Shown piece after piece: positions 12,280 to 30,189 of a stretch of DNA of 64,000 bases; positions within the stretch are counted from its first letter, which is position 1; each line of letters opens with the position of its first letter. The stretch comes from Heteronotia binoei (taxonomy: Eukaryota), in assembly GCF_032191835.1 (NCBI RefSeq), contig NC_083227.1, forward strand, positions 30,256,001-30,320,000, given 5' to 3'. Made by a program: the position numbers and the translations under genes. Under the pieces are notes generated by a model, which made no database searches, was not told the origin of the DNA, and saw nothing but the letters and a program-made list of their open reading frames with translations.

Positions 12280-13200
12280 CCCATATCAGGAGAATTCCCT
12301 AGAGTGGTCAGACGGGGGCGACCATGACTCCACTGAGATACAGAAATGAACGCTGCTGATCACTTGTCTTCAATCACAAAGAGAGATGCTAGGATCCTGC
12401 AGCTGCTTTCCGCGGCCATCCGAGGAGGTGGGTTCGGGGTGGGGTGTGCACGGTAGTCCTCAGCCAGCCATGTGCTCCAGCAGCAACTGGGTAGGGCTTC
12501 TTTTGCTATGTCTCCTGCTGTGCTTCAGTCACAAGACAGGAAGTGAACAACAAAGGTAACTCCACCGGAAGAAAGACTAAAGAGGTGGAGGGGGCTGAGT
12601 TCGTCTGTAATCCTTACGTTTCGGAAAGACATTTATTTCGAGGTAGGTGACCTTTGCGTTGATATTCTGTTGCACCTGCTTTGAGACTGATGGATTTCTG
12701 GGATGAATATTCTCTTCTCCTTCCCCTGGACCTCTAAAAATAAATTAACAAACAATGCACGATCCTGGATTAATCCGGTTTAAATACTCCGAGTAAGGAA
12801 ACCGGGGCATGTTTTTCTGTTTTGGATTTAACCTTTGGGGCATTTTTGACGTGGAAAGTGAAGAAGGGGGTGGGGGGTTGGGGAGATCTTTGGAAGCTGC
12901 GGGAAGAGAAAGGGGAGCAAGACCGGGCGTGGTCTCTTCGGCAGGGGGACAAACTGCTGGCACGGTGAGAGAGGCGGAGCCTAGGTCGGGTTTTCTTCTT
13001 GGGGCTTGCAGAATAGGTCCGAACCCAACACACGCCCCCAGCGGAATCGTGAAGCAAACCTCTTTCATTTCTGAGAAAGAAATGCCCTCATTTTGGCCCA
13101 GGCTTATGACAATAGAGCGATTAGCAGACATTCTCACATTTTGACATGTTACTGTTTTTATTCGGTTCTCGCGCTCACGCTACCCAGATCAAAGGTTCGC
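12280..13200 (+). promoter_or_regulatory. CpG-rich region, probable promoter/first non-coding exon of the KRAB-ZNF gene
   Basis: CpG enrichment; ETS motifs CAGGAAGTG (about 12537) and CCGGAAG (about 12565); donor-like GAG|GTAGGT near 12642; lies 4-5 kb upstream of the first coding exon. Confidence 0.45.
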
Positions 13201-13299
13201 TCAATTTATTAATTTTACTATTCTGTCATTGGATTTTAAATCTGCACCATTTTGCATTGTAAACCACTGCCTACCAGCTATATGTAGCTCTGCTCACTG

Positions 13300-13452
13300 T
13301 ACCTGATTCCTCGGCTGAAGAAGTGTGCATGCACACACGAAATAAAGCTTGCATGCACACACTGAATAAAACTTTGTGGGTCTTAAAGGGGCAACTTGAC
13401 TCTTACTTTGTTCTACTGCTTCAGACCAACATGGTTGCCTGCTTGGATCTAT
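13300..13452 (+). mobile_element. Penelope-like pseudo-LTR relic with disrupted hammerhead core
   Basis: CTGAAGA-A-GTGTGCATGCACACAC-GAAA at 13315-13342, followed by the family tail AATAAAACTTTG..GGTCTTAAAG...GGATCTA. Confidence 0.65.
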
Positions 13453-14028
13453 CTACAAGCCTCTTTCAGTGTTAGGTAGTCTGATGTGGACTCACTGCCA
13501 CGGGATGTAGTGCTCTCTGCAAGCTTAGGTGGCTTTAAAAGGGGACTATGTGCTTTCATGGAGAAAAGAGCTCTTAAGAGCTCTTAGCAGGGGGTGGCTA
13601 AATCGAGTTTCCAAGTTCAGAGGCAGTGCACCCATTAATATCACTTGGAGTTGGGGGAGGAGCGCTTGTGAACCTTCCGTTAAGTCATCTGATTGGCTAC
13701 TGCAGGGAATGGGATGCTGGATCAATTATGACCTTGGTCATCGCCAAAATGGGCCATTAGCCTGGCGCATGCCATTCCAATTAACACACACAAGCAAGGC
13801 ACTCATATTGGAAATAAATCATTCCAGGAATAAGGCAAATCAAACTCCACCCTTTCTGCTCCCATTTGACTGGCACTGGGGCGGGCTTAACAATGTTTGG
13901 CAGTCACCTGTATTGTCCCTTCTTGATAGGGTTGCCAGATCTGTGTTGGAAAATACCTGGAGAATTTGGGGGTGGATCCAGGAGAGGGTGGAGTTTGGGG
14001 AGGGAAGAGGCCTCAGCATGGTACAATG

Positions 14029-14359
14029 CAGGGGTGGCCAAACTGTGGCTCTTTCACACATATTGTGTGGCTCTTGAAGCCCCCACTGCCCTGTTGGCCA
14101 GCTTAGAGAAGGTATTTGTCTCTTTAAATCAGTTCGCCAAGCCAGCTGGCAGCTTGGAGAATGCATGTAAAGTTGAAGTTGCTTTCTTTCCACCTCTCCC
14201 TCCCTCCTATTTGCTTTCCTCCCTCCCTGTCTTGAGACTCTCAAACATCTGATGGCCATGTCTTGCAGCTCTCAGACATCTAATTTTCATGTCTTGCGGC
14301 TCTCAGACATCTGACATTTGTTGTGTGGCTCCTAAGTTAAGCAAGTTTGGCCACCCCTG
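14029..14359 (+). mobile_element. hAT MITE inserted into another MITE (13927-14482)
   Basis: TIR CAGGGGTGGCCAAACT / AGTTTGGCCACCCCTG; perfect 8-bp TSD GTACAATG at 14021-14028 and 14360-14367. Confidence 0.9.
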
Positions 14360-16519
14360 GTACAATGCCATAGAGCTCACCTTCAAAGCAGCCATTTTCT
14401 CCAGGAGAGCTGATCCCTCTCAGCTGGAGATCAGTTCTAAAAGCAGGAAATCACCAGGCCCCACCTGGAGGCTGGCATCCCTACTTCCTGAAGGTGAGAA
14501 TGAGAGGGTGGGTGTAACCTTCAGTTCCGCCTTCCAGGCATGACAGCAAATCCCTGCTTGCAGGGAGTGGGTGGGGTGGGGTGGGGAGGATATGGTAATT
14601 CCCAGTGGCATCAAGCAATGGGAGGCTGTGGAGCCTCTGAGACGGGAAAAGGAGAAGAGGAATTTTGGAGGGAGAGAAAAGCTGTTATTGCCTCATACAG
14701 GCCTTGGCAAGTAAAGAGATAGAGAGATGGAGCTTAACAGGAAAAGGAAAGGTCTAGGTTTCCTGGATTAAATGGGGTAGACTATCTCAGGGAGATATGA
14801 AATTAGGCTTTAGGTAGTGGATCAGGGTAGGATCCAGAAATAAGATTACTTGATCTCCAGGACTAAGTCCTGAGGTGAATAGGTTCGTAGAAGTGCGAGG
14901 AGTGAACAGAGACAGAGCACACCTCTGGCATTCATCTCTTGGGTTAAAAGTGGCTGTGAGAGGAACAGATTTTATTGTGCCTTAAAAGCAAATTCCTCTC
15001 TCACCAGGACAAAGCAGGCTGTTATTTGGGTGCATGTCAGAGAGAGCATGTTGTGATGCTGTAGTGCTCTAAAAGAAACTGCCATTCCACTTAGCTGTAA
15101 ATATTCGGGGCATGTTTGAGTTATAATATTTGACAACTAAACCAAACTTATAATTTTCTTCAGAAGTGACAGTTATCTTGTGTTTTTTGAAACTTATGAT
15201 ATCTGTAGGGGGGGAGGGAGAATAATTTACCTCAGGAACCTGGATTTCCTCTCCTCGATCTACAGTTTACCTTAGCACAGTATATAATCAGCAGCATATA
15301 GAACTGACCATTTGCACATTGATAGTTTATTGTACACTAGTGTTTTCATAAATTTTGGGGAGGAAAAGGCCCCTCTAAGTGGCCTGGGCATCTCTTGTGG
15401 CAAATGTGTTTATTTGAATCCTATCGTTTCAGAGGATAGCTGTACTGGTTTGCAGTACAACAGCTAGATTGGCATCCATTGGCACCTTAGACCAAAAGAT
15501 TGGGGGGAGGAGTATAAGCTTTAAAAAGTCAAAACTCTCTGATGAATCCTATAGTGAAATCGGGTGTAGGTTTAGCCAGCATTCTAAATAGCTGATTGGA
15601 GGGTATCAGATTAAATCCAGGTAGGATTTAGTGCTTTGGTGCAATTGTACAGATTGGCGTTTAAAGAATATGGGTGGATTATCATCAAGGATAAAAAGCC
15701 TGACTCACTGGCAAAAGATTTTGCTGTGTATTGAGATGGAAATGGGCCACCATAGTTTTGCCTCAGGAACTAAGTAAAAACAAATATGTAAAAGCTGGGA
15801 GCATACCATCCCTCAGAAAATATGAGTGCATAGAGTTAAATGGAAGGATCTGATTGTTTGTAGGGACTGGGGTGGGGAATTACTTCGGCCAAGCCAGAAT
15901 CAATTTAGCCCATTCCAATTATCCCTGATAAATGAATCATTTTTAAGGAAATAGGTGGTGCAGTGTTTTAGGTGAAGGCTGCCAGAATTTCTGCTAGCTG
16001 TAAGAACTTGAAAGCAGAGTCAGAAGTGAGAGTCTGTCCTGACATTCCATCCTCTGTACTTCTAGGAGAATGGCGTGTATTAAGAAGTTCATCACATAAA
16101 TATTGTCACCAGTAGCTAAGGTGAAGTAAATGCAGCAAAAGTTCCAAATTTGGAGAGAGAGAAAAAAGGGGGCCAGACCTAGGAGCCGAGCAGGAAGAAT
16201 ACATTGGAGTCAGCAAAGGACAGGTACCTAGTAGCAACCACATCTTTCCAGCTCAGGCATGCTTTGGAAGCTGATGAGAGCCCAGTAGACGGATGAAATT
16301 ACTGGAGCCTGTGTTTGAACAAGCATTGGGAAGAGGCTAGTCCACAACAACTGGTCTGCTTTATTAATAAGCAGTAAAGGCTGAAGTATCAAGATACTGG
16401 GATGGGAAGAGAAGTGAACCGCTGGTAATACCGTCACTATACCAAAACCAGCTTTTTCACCTAGCCCTATGTGAGGCACTGATAGCTTTCTGTGCCTCCA
16501 AAATGCTTAGCTTCTCATG

Positions 16520-16730
16520 AATACATGAAATTGCCTTATTCTGAATCAGACCCTTGATCCATCAAAGTTACTATTGTCTACTCAGACTGGCAGTTGCTTT
16601 CCACTATCTCAGACAGAGGTCTTTCCCATCACCTATTGCCGGATCTTTTAACTGGAGTTACCAGGGATTGAAGCTGAGGCCTTCTGCATGCCAAGCAGAT
16701 GCTCTACTGCTGAGCCACAGCCCCTCCCCT
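16520..16730 (-). mobile_element. Squam2-type tRNA-derived SINE
   Basis: Reverse complement of the family sequence at 16755-16968. Confidence 0.75.
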
Positions 16731-16754
16731 CTTGAGGTTCCACAGCCTCACATT

Positions 16755-16968
16755 AGGAGGGATGGTGGCTCAGTGGAAGAGCATTTGCTTGGTAAGCAGA
16801 AGAGTCCAGGTTCAATCCCCAGCATTTCCAACTAAAAAGGGTCCAGGTAAATAGGTGTGAAAAATCTCAGCTTGAGACCCTGGAGTGCTGCTGCCAGTCT
16901 GAGTAGACAATACTGACTTGGATGGACCGAGGGTCTGATTCAGTATAAGGCAGCTTCATATGTTCATA
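16755..16968 (+). mobile_element. Squam2-type tRNA-derived SINE
   Basis: Head GGTGGCTCAGTGG...GGTTCAATCCCC (A/B box); tail CTGATTCAGTATAAGGCAGCTTCATATGTTCAT. Confidence 0.75.
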
Positions 16969-17570
16969 GTTGCTGTCACTGGGAATTAGCATACCTGCCC
17001 TGTAGGCAGGGATTTGCTGTGACACCTGGAAAGTGGAACTGAAGGCTGTCACATCCCACCCAACCCAACAGCAAAACACCTGTTGGCACTCAGAGAATCC
17101 CAGATTCAAGGGGCAGTCTCTCCAATGAAGACAGGATCTTGGATATGAGGGATGAGAGAAGGCAAGACTGTCAAGATCCTGAAAAACTGGTGCTGCTCAG
17201 GTTGTGCAGTACCAGCCTTGGTGGATCAATGCTGTGCTTTGCTACAGATCAGCTGTCTTTATTTAGGGGTGTTCAGATTATTGGTTTTATATTGTTGTTG
17301 GATAGTACCTCAATAAACACTTTAAGAACATGGGCTAATAATTATTAGAACTTTTGAGGATGATGAAGAAGTATGGTTTGCTTGGTGACTCCCTGATTTG
17401 TATTTGGTCTCTCAAATGCTAGCTCTCTCTGTCACGTCTGCCGTAAAATGACCAGATACTAAGGAAGATTTAGGTGAAGTGGCTCATTCCACAAAGGAGC
17501 CATAAGAAATGCTGAATGCCAATCTGTGAATCTGAGATTTGGTTTTTACCAGCTGGAAAATCTCATCAAC

Positions 17571-22005
<4,435 letters not shown>

Positions 22006-22689
22006 TGCTTGGAGAGTGGGAAAGACTTCCTTTATAGCCAAAGCCTTATTTCCCACAAAAAAATTCACCCGGGGTAGATGCCGAATAAATGGCCCTAGTG
22101 CCAATCACAGAAGAGTCACCTCTGCCATCCTCTCTGACATTGCTACATCAGAAAAGCTCTATAAATTCTCTGATTGTGAGAAAGATTGGAGGCTGCTTAG
22201 ACACACGGGGACACAGTTAGAGACTGTGGGAGAAATTTGGACAGAAGTGATAGTGAGGAGGTGAACAAATGTTTGAAGAAATGTTTGAATTTTGGCAAGA
22301 GGAGAGGCTTGCCAAAAACAAAATGAATCCTTTGGACCAAGGTCATTACCGTTGTTGATTTGGCTCCTCCATGAGTATGCTTTTTGTACCATTGGAAGGA
22401 GTAATAATAACTAAAGTACACCTGATATATATACAAAACGGCTTTGTTTGTAAAGCTTCCAACCACTCTGTGGATGTCTCATGATCTATATTGTCTTAGC
22501 TGACTATTTTGTATCATTGGAGCTGGTATTTGCCAGCACATTTGCTTTCTATCTTAGCTGTGGATTACCGTCGGTGCCTGGATGAACTGAACTATGACTG
22601 ATAAAATTGTCCATGATTAACAGAATTCTTTAGAACAGATGTCTAATCACCAGATGGTTGGAGTTTATGATGGCTTAGAACAGGCTTGG

Positions 22690-23008
22690 GAGTCACATGT
22701 GGCTCTTTCACACACATTGTGTGGTTCTCAAAGCCCCCACTGCCCCATTGGCTGACTTGAAGAAGGCATTTCTCTCTTTAAATCACTGCTCCAAGCCAAA
22801 CCAGCCAGCTGCTTGGAGAATGCATTTAAAGTTACATTTGTTTTCTTTCCACCACTCCCTGCCTCCCCCCATCTGTCTGTCTGTCTATCATCTTCCTTCC
22901 TTCCTTGTCTTGCGGCTGTCAGATATCTGACATTCCTGCCTTGCAGCTCTCAGACATCTAATGTTTATTCTATGTGGCTCTTACGTTAAATAAGTTTGGC
23001 CACCCCTG
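22690..23008 (+). mobile_element. hAT MITE (family of 14029-14359), 5' end degraded
   Basis: Family body and right TIR AGTTTGGCCACCCCTG. Confidence 0.7.
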
Positions 23009-23699
23009 GTTTAGAAACTAGTGTCAATTCCTTTGTTATGTGTTTATTGTATAATGTATGTTTAGTAGTGTTTGTTTAGCATTTTTACTTTATACAAATT
23101 ACCACATTTTTCTATTTCATACAGTATACTTTATTATATCGTTTTAGCGTATATCCCATGGATTTAGTTTGTTGGTTTAGCTTCTTTTTCAATGGTCCTC
23201 TATTATTTTTCCCCAGTTAGAAATTGGCATCCCAGGTGTCAAACATGCACCCTGTGGAACAGATCTGGTCCTTGCAGGGCTCAAATCCAGCCTGCAAACA
23301 ACTTCCTTCTCCTGCTTCCTTTTCCAGGACTGCTGCTGCAGCTACATCATAGCCTGAATTTTCCCTGACCCCGTCAATGGCTCTTTGCTTCCGGCTTTCT
23401 TTGTCTTGCCTCCCTCCTCCCCTATTGCTCTCTCTCTCTTTCTCTCTCTCACATACAGCACACAGGGAGCTCATAGCTACATCCTGCTTCATGTAGGAGA
23501 GATACGAATACAAGCCTCTGTCTCTCTCTCTCACACACACATAGAGGTTCTGCTTCCTTCTTTGAGGCTGCTTTTCCACTTTTGGGGAGGAGTGAGAGAG
23601 AAAGCAAAGTTGGAGTCCATGGCAGATTTAAAACCAACTATGCTTTATTCCAGGTATAAGCTTTTGTGTGCAAGCACACGTCTTTGGAGGGAGGGAGGG

Positions 23700-23995
23700 T
23701 AAGTGGATGGATGAATGGATAGAAAAATGAACTGATTTGTGAATTCTGTGAAGAAAGAGGGGGGAATAGTTAACAGAAAAAAGAGAGCCTTAGTTTTTGT
23801 ACTTTTAGTAAGTGTTTGCAAATTTGCTTGTATTTGTCATGGAGAAAATTGTAAGCTGCTTCTTTATATTTCTTTATTTCCTTCTTATATTTCTCTTCCC
23901 CTCCCCCCCTAATTTCTTTCTTTATTAGTTCTTGCTAGTTTTTTATCTTTTGTTATTTAAAAATTTCTCAATAAAAATTATTACAAAAAAAAATC
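23700..23995 (+). mobile_element. Probable L1-type LINE 3' end
   Basis: T-rich UTR ending AATAAAAATTATTAC plus a poly(A) run; no ORF-level confirmation. Confidence 0.4.
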
Positions 23996-24391
23996 TCTCT
24001 TCATTTGTTGAGCTTTGTGTCTGAGGACAATTTGAATCTAGGTACCCCCAACCATAGCCCAACTTCTCTGGTGTTTCACTATGAAAACACTATGTGTGCT
24101 TTATTTCTCTGTTTTAATGGGGAGTTTTAAATTATGTTGCTGTGCTTTAATATGCAGGCCTATAGAGTAAGAACGAGGGTGGCTGGATGGGAGGTTGAAG
24201 TGTGTTACAACTGGATGGGTCCGAGGGGCTTTGTATGAGAGAGACAGTTCAGTGGGGTGCATGTGAAGGAAAGAGGTTCTGTACAGCATGAGATAAATCT
24301 GAATTCAAGAGAGAAAAATAAGGCTGTGTGGAAGTATTTGGCCTGGGTGGGAAGTAAGAAAATAAGCCTGTCTGGCTAGATCTATTTAATA

Positions 24392-24642
24392 AGAAGATGA
24401 TGAAGATATTGGATTTATATCCCGCCCTCCACTCCGAGTCTCACAGTGGCTCACAATCTCCTATACTTTCCTCCCCCACCAACAGACACCCTGTAAGGTG
24501 GGTGGGGCTGGAGAGGGCTCTCACAGCAGCTGCCCTTTCAAGGACAACCTCTGCCAGAGCTATGCTGACCCAAGGCCATGCTAGTAGGTGCAAGTGGTTC
24601 TCCCAGATAAGAGTTCGCACACTTAACCACTACACCAAACTG
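24392..24642 (-). mobile_element. Squam3-type SINE
   Basis: Family match on the minus strand. Confidence 0.85.
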
Positions 24643-26726
24643 TTACACTTCTGTGCCCAAAGGAAACCATTATGCTTATGACAGTATTCTGTAATCATTA
24701 CACTGTTATCTTAAATAAAGAGAAAAGGTTTTATTTAAAGGATCCCCTTTTACCTCAGCCACACCCCCGCCATTGACCATTCTGTCATTTTTACCAGGGC
24801 TTATTTTGGACTGGAAGATATACACTGTCATGCCCCCCCAAAATCATGCCTTTAAAGTAAGACTTTTTCTGGTCCCCACCCCCCATCACCCAGAACCATG
24901 TCTTCTCCTATTGAAACTTGCTTGAAATGAATTTCTGCTGCAGCAATATATCACTATAACAACATTCATCACTGTTACAGAGAGACAGGGAGTTGCACTA
25001 GTATGTGTGAGAGACAGGTTGTAATCCCCACTCTGCCATGGAAAATGTGTAGTTTATCTTGGGCAGTAAAGCTCTCTCAAAACTCTGGGTTGTTTTGAGG
25101 ATCAGATGGCAGAAACGAATGAGGTGAGCCGGTTTGCATCCATGGTGGGGAGAAATGTGGGCTAGATCATTTGTTATAAGTTGAATTGGGCCTAAATAAA
25201 TTAAATGCATACATACATTCTAAGCATGCTTGAAAGGTCATGGACAAAAAGGGAATGGTGGTCCCATGGCTAAGACTATCATAGGGCTAGCACCTGGGCG
25301 GGGTGAGGGTTCTCCTGCTTTGGCAGTCCCCAACCCACTGGCTCATAGTGGACTGGCAGGGGGATCCCCTCCCGACATTGCCAGCGTGATGACGTCACTC
25401 AAAATGGTATCATAGAGTTTTCCTCCCAGATTGCTAGAGTGTCTGGGAAAACCATGGAGTTTTCCCAGAAGCTCCTAGAGCGGCGAGCTCATGGCGTCAC
25501 CAGCATGATGATGTCACTTGTGAGTGACGTGCCACGTGCACATAGCGCATGCAAAAAAAGTCCTTCGCCGGAGGTCGTGAGGGACTTGGCAACCCTAGAC
25601 TATCATGCTTGGCCACCTTATGAAAAGTTAAGAGTCATTGTAAAATGCAGTACTGTTAGGAAAAGGTGAAGGCAGTGGGAAAAGACAAAGACCCAACATG
25701 AGATGAAATTACTCAGTTGAGGAGGTAGGTCATGGCCTTCCGTTTGTAAGACCTAAGCAAGCCTGTTAAATATAAGTTTTGGGGGACAATGCTTCATAGG
25801 GTTGACGTTGGAAGCAACCTGATGGCACTTTATACATACACAGTCCCATGGGGACGGCCCTGAAGATATACGTCTGTTGAAGATTACAGTAAAATATAAG
25901 CTTCTTAGTTTTTTCAGGCACCATGTTGAATTTTTCTAGAAAGCAGGGAAATGTGATAATAACCATCCCAGTTCAGCAAGAAACTGGGAAGGGCCTTTTG
26001 GAGCTTCCAAGGGAAGGGGAAAAAGATTCCCCCCTTTCCCCCCAACAACTGGACATGTCCTCATAATGCCAATCACTTTTTATTGATCGATTTTGCAGTA
26101 TTGCCATGATGCATGGCTAGAGTATAGGAAGACAGGTTCCTTCCCTGAGAAGATTAGTCTAAAACTTTACAGTAAGGGTGGGGAGATGTAAGAAAGCAAA
26201 AAGAATAGGCAGTCATTCCAAATTATATTAGAAAATGGGAGTAGGGGGTCGTGCAGAAGAAGAAAATACCAATTCCCAGCAAGTACTGTTCAGCCAACAC
26301 CAGGCCCCATGTAACTCTATCATGAAAAGGGCTAGAGTTACTTTAATAAGTGAAATGTGGGAAAGAGTACATTGTTACAATAGACAGTTGGAATGTTATA
26401 ACACCAATGGACATAGCGCTGAATAATAACAAAATCGATATACATCTTAGACCTTCTACAGACTATAAATTATGTATTTATGGTTTTATTGGATTTTTTA
26501 AAAAAATCTATGTTATTTTTACCTGTTCTTAGCCGCCTTGAGCCCATCGGGAGGGTGGGATATAAATGTGATTGAATAAATAAATAAATAAACAGTAGCA
26601 TGTCATAATATTTTATTAGAGTTAGACACCTTAAAAGAAGGAAGCAGCCCAGGCCTTCCTGGACTTTTTGAGAGGGTCTGGAATGGACCTTTTTGTGAAG
26701 GAAAACGACCAGAAAACATGCTTTAG

Positions 26727-26999
26727 CAGGGGTGGCCATACTTACTTCATGCAAGAGCCACATAGAATAAATGTCAGATGTTTGAGGGCCACAAGACAGA
26801 GAGGGAGAGAGGGAGAGGTAGAAAGAAAGCAACTTTAATTTTAAATGCATTCTCCAAGCCACCGGCTTGCTTAAGCGAAGTGATTTAGAGAGAGAAATGC
26901 CTTCTCCAAGCTGGCTAATTGGGTGGTGGATGCTTCAAGAGCCACATAACTTGTGAAATTGCCACATGTGGCTCCTGAGCTACAGTTTGGCCACCCCCG
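26727..26999 (-). mobile_element. hAT MITE
   Basis: TIRs CAGGGGTGGCCA / TGGCCACCCCCG; TSD TGCTTTAG / TGCTTTAA (7 of 8). Confidence 0.8.
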
Positions 27000-27399
27000 T
27001 GCTTTAACAAGTGGAGAGGAAACAGGTTGGTCTGGTTTCCTTCCTTAAAGGCTATTTTTCTGCATGCAAGGAGTTTTAGCTTCAGGAAAGTTATCCTAAA
27101 GCAACTGGCTTCCACAGAGACTAAAATGGTACAGTCCAGGAAAAGCTCTTCTTACACTGTCGAACTGAGTCTTTTTCTTGTCTACTAAAGAGGACAGCAA
27201 GACCAGGCAGGGTGAAGTCTATCTCAACGATCAATAAAGACTGGTCCCTACTTTGGCATAGCTTTTCCTGCTTCTTCTTCTCCTCCTCGAAGACCTGACC
27301 CTTTGAGACCTTCTCGGTTTGTATGAGTACAATAGGAAGCCTGGACTGTACCACCTGAACACTTTGCGGGGAGGGAATCTTGCAAATAGAGAACTCGCA

Positions 27400-27731
27400 C
27401 CTCAGGGAGGACGTGTCTTTCTTCGCCAGGTTGCTTCTCTGTTTCCGGGCAGTTTTCTTTAGGACAGGCGGCCTTTCAGACGCGTGACTCTCCGTTCTCT
27501 GTGCCCGGAGCGGGTGTCCTGCGCTTGTTGGAGCGGCTCAGAGCAACGAGGGAAGGGAGGAATCCCAACTGTTGGGTCTTCTGTCCTTCCAGCCAGCTTC
27601 CTCGGGAAACTGGAGAGTTTCTGAAAACCCCCAGCGGGTTTGTGTGAGTGTGAGGCCAAATCTGCACCTGGCTAGGGGTTTTGGAACGGGACGAAGAACC
27701 GCCTGTAAGCCTCATTTCCCACCCCCACCTG
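27400..27731 (+). promoter_or_regulatory. CpG-rich segment, candidate non-coding first exon of TRIM paralog A
   Basis: CpG enrichment ending at donor CTG|GTAAGT (27731/27732); a matching acceptor TTTCCTGTAG lies just before the paralog A ATG. Confidence 0.4.
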
Positions 27732-27753
27732 GTAAGTGCCTAGTCTTCCCCTA

Positions 27754-28440
27754 GGGCTGCCAATTCTCCAGGTGGGGGCAGGGGATCCCCCGGTTGGGAG
27801 GCCCTCCCCACGCTTCAAGGTCATCAGAAAGCGGAGGTGGGGGAGGGAAATGTCTGCTGGGCTCTCCACTGTTCCTTATGGAGACCGATTCCCATAGGGT
27901 ATAATCGGCTTCTTTTGTAGAAAAGGCCCAGCAGGAACTCATTAGCATATTAGGCCACACCCCTGACATCACACAGGGCTTTTTGTAGAAAAAGCCCAGC
28001 AGGAGCTCATTTTCATATTAGGTTACACACCTGACACCAAGCCAGCCAGAACTGCGTTCCTGTGAGTTCCTGCTCAAAAAAAGCCCTGGGTATAATGGAG
28101 AATTGATCCGTGGGTATCTGGGGCTCTGAGGGGGGCTGTTTTTTAAGGTAGAGGCACCAAATTTGCCGCATAGCATCCAGTGCCTCTCCTCAAAATACCC
28201 TCCAAATTTCAAAAAGATTTAAACAGGGGGGTCCAATTCTATGAACCCTCAAAGAAGGTGCCCCATCCTTCATTTTTTCCAGTGGAGGGAAGGCATTTAA
28301 AAGGTGTGTGGTACCTTTAAATGTGATGGCCAGAACTCTTTGAAGTTCAATTATATTTGTTATAATCTTGCTCCTGGCTCCACCCCCAATGTCTCCTGGC
28401 TCCACCCCCAAATTCCCCAGATAACTCTTGAATTGGACCC
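27754..28440. mobile_element. Nested MITE cluster (TAGGGYTGCCAA family with inserted AGGGCTTTTTGTAG-family units)
   Basis: Same families as 13927-14482 and 18669-18785; tandem partial copies at 27905-28090. Confidence 0.55.
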
Positions 28441-28742
28441 TATCTTCCCCTGCTGCCCTTCAACTCTACAGTGTCCAGTTTGCCTCTGCCTCAGCAGCAC
28501 ACAGGAGGCGCATACTGACAGAGGTTTCCCAGGTGGGTGAGCACTGTCCTCCCCACACCTGCCAGTCGCAGACCCTGGGGAAGCATTTTGCGCCTTCTCA
28601 GGGATGCCATCCCATTTTGCAAACCCCTAAGATGCCGAGGAGGGAAATGTGTTCCTTCCAGGAGAGGCGCTTGCAAATGAGGGGCCAAAGGAGACTTTTC
28701 CATCCCAAATTCTGCCTTCTGCCCCAGGCCCTTTCTCTAGAG

Positions 28743-29508
28743 CAGGGGGTGTCAAACACATTTCTTATGAGGGCCGGATCTGACATAAATGAGACCTTGT
28801 CAGCCAGGGCCATGTCAGGCTGGGCCATGTATTTACCTATTTAAGATTAGTAAGCAGAGATAAAAACTTCATAAAGGACACAAACAAACACAATTAAAGT
28901 TTTTTTTTAAAAAAAAACTTAAAACATGCAAACATTAGTGCTCGTTGGTCTTAAGATGATATTGGATTTTTATCCCACCCTATACTCTGAATCTCAGAGT
29001 GGTCACAATCTCCTCTACCTTCCCCCCCACCACAACAGACACCCTGTGAGTTAGATGGGGATGAGAGAGATTCTTACAGCAGCTGTCCTTTCAAGGACAA
29101 CTCCTGTGAAAGCTGTGGCTGACCCAAGGCCATTTCAGCAGGTGCAAGTGGGGAATCAAACCCGGTTCTCCCAGATAAGATTCCGTGCACTGTTAACCAC
29201 TATACCAAACTGGTTCTTTCTTTGTATTTCTCCTATGGGATCCAGGGAACTGGCCAAAGGAAGCTGTGGCTCTTTCTTTCCTTCCCCAGGGGACCAGGAG
29301 GGGGAAGAGCTTCAGCCAATAGAAGTAAGAGAGGCTTGGGCTTAGTAGCTCTGCTGTGCACTTGAGAGAGCCTGGCAAAGTAAGCTGTGAAGCAGAAGGA
29401 AGCAAGAGAGAGGGAGAAGGAAGCAGATGACAGTCAGTTGCTCGGGGGCCTGATAGGAGCCCTCTGGGGGCCTGATTTGGCCCCAGGGCCTCATGTTTGA
29501 CATCTCTG
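28743..29508. mobile_element. hAT-like MITE carrying a nested Squam3-type SINE (28954-29216, minus)
   Basis: CAGGGGGTGTCAAAC / GTTTGACATCTCTG ends; TSD not recovered. Confidence 0.6.
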
Positions 29509-30189
29509 AGTGTTTTTGTTGTTGCAGCTCCAACACTGGGCAGTTGATTCTTCATCCTGTAAGAGTCAATTTGCAAGAAGGGAAACACCCCCTCACTGCT
29601 TGGGAAAGCAGGGAAACAGGCTGTTCATCTCTCCCTCCCTTTCCTGTAGGCAGCCATGGCTGCTGAGGGTCCCGTGCAGGAGCTCCGGGAGGAAGCCTCT
29701 TGTTCCATCTGCCTGGAGTTATTCAGGGACCTGGTTACCATCGCCGAGTGCGGCCACAACCTCTGTCGAGCCTGCCTGACCTGCAGCTGGGGGGAGGTGG
29801 GGGACCAGCCTTCCTGCCCTCGATGCAGAAGAAAAGCTCGGACCTGGACCTCTTCTGCAAGGAGTCCCTGGACCTCTTCTGCAAGGAGTCCCTGGACCTC
29901 TTCTGCAAGGAGGAAGAAGCTCCCCTATGTGCAATCTGTGCCGTATCCCAGGAGCACAAAGGTCATGAGGTGGTTCCTCTCGAGGAGGTTTTCTGAGAAA
30001 ATAGGGTAAGAAATCTCTGGAGACTCTTTTGCGTCCTTGTGTGTGGGTCAAAACTTTCAATTTGGTACAAAGTTCTCTCAAGCTTAATGTCCTTGCCACT
30101 TGTGGCTGGTAACTTTTAATTAATGTGATATCAAATATAATACATAAAATAATTATAATATATCCTGTAATACTGAGATATATTTAAAA

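Noticed and set aside
15540-15960. Possible endogenous viral or LINE coding relic
   Set aside because: Multiple stops in the frame examined and no recognisable motif.
16270-16305. CTGATGAG...GAAA hammerhead-like spacing
   Set aside because: The intervening bases cannot form stem II and there is no stem I or III.
16150-17250. Possible relic upstream coding exons of the ZNF (GPDLGAEQEE..., SNEDRILDMRDERRQDCQDPEK)
   Set aside because: Only faint resemblance to SCAN-ZNF leader/linker sequence; in-frame stops and an incompatible donor phase; no SCAN motif found.
29843-29912. CRISPR-like or deliberate repeat array
   Set aside because: A spacerless 24-nt tandem triplication of B-box coding sequence in a eukaryotic pseudogene.
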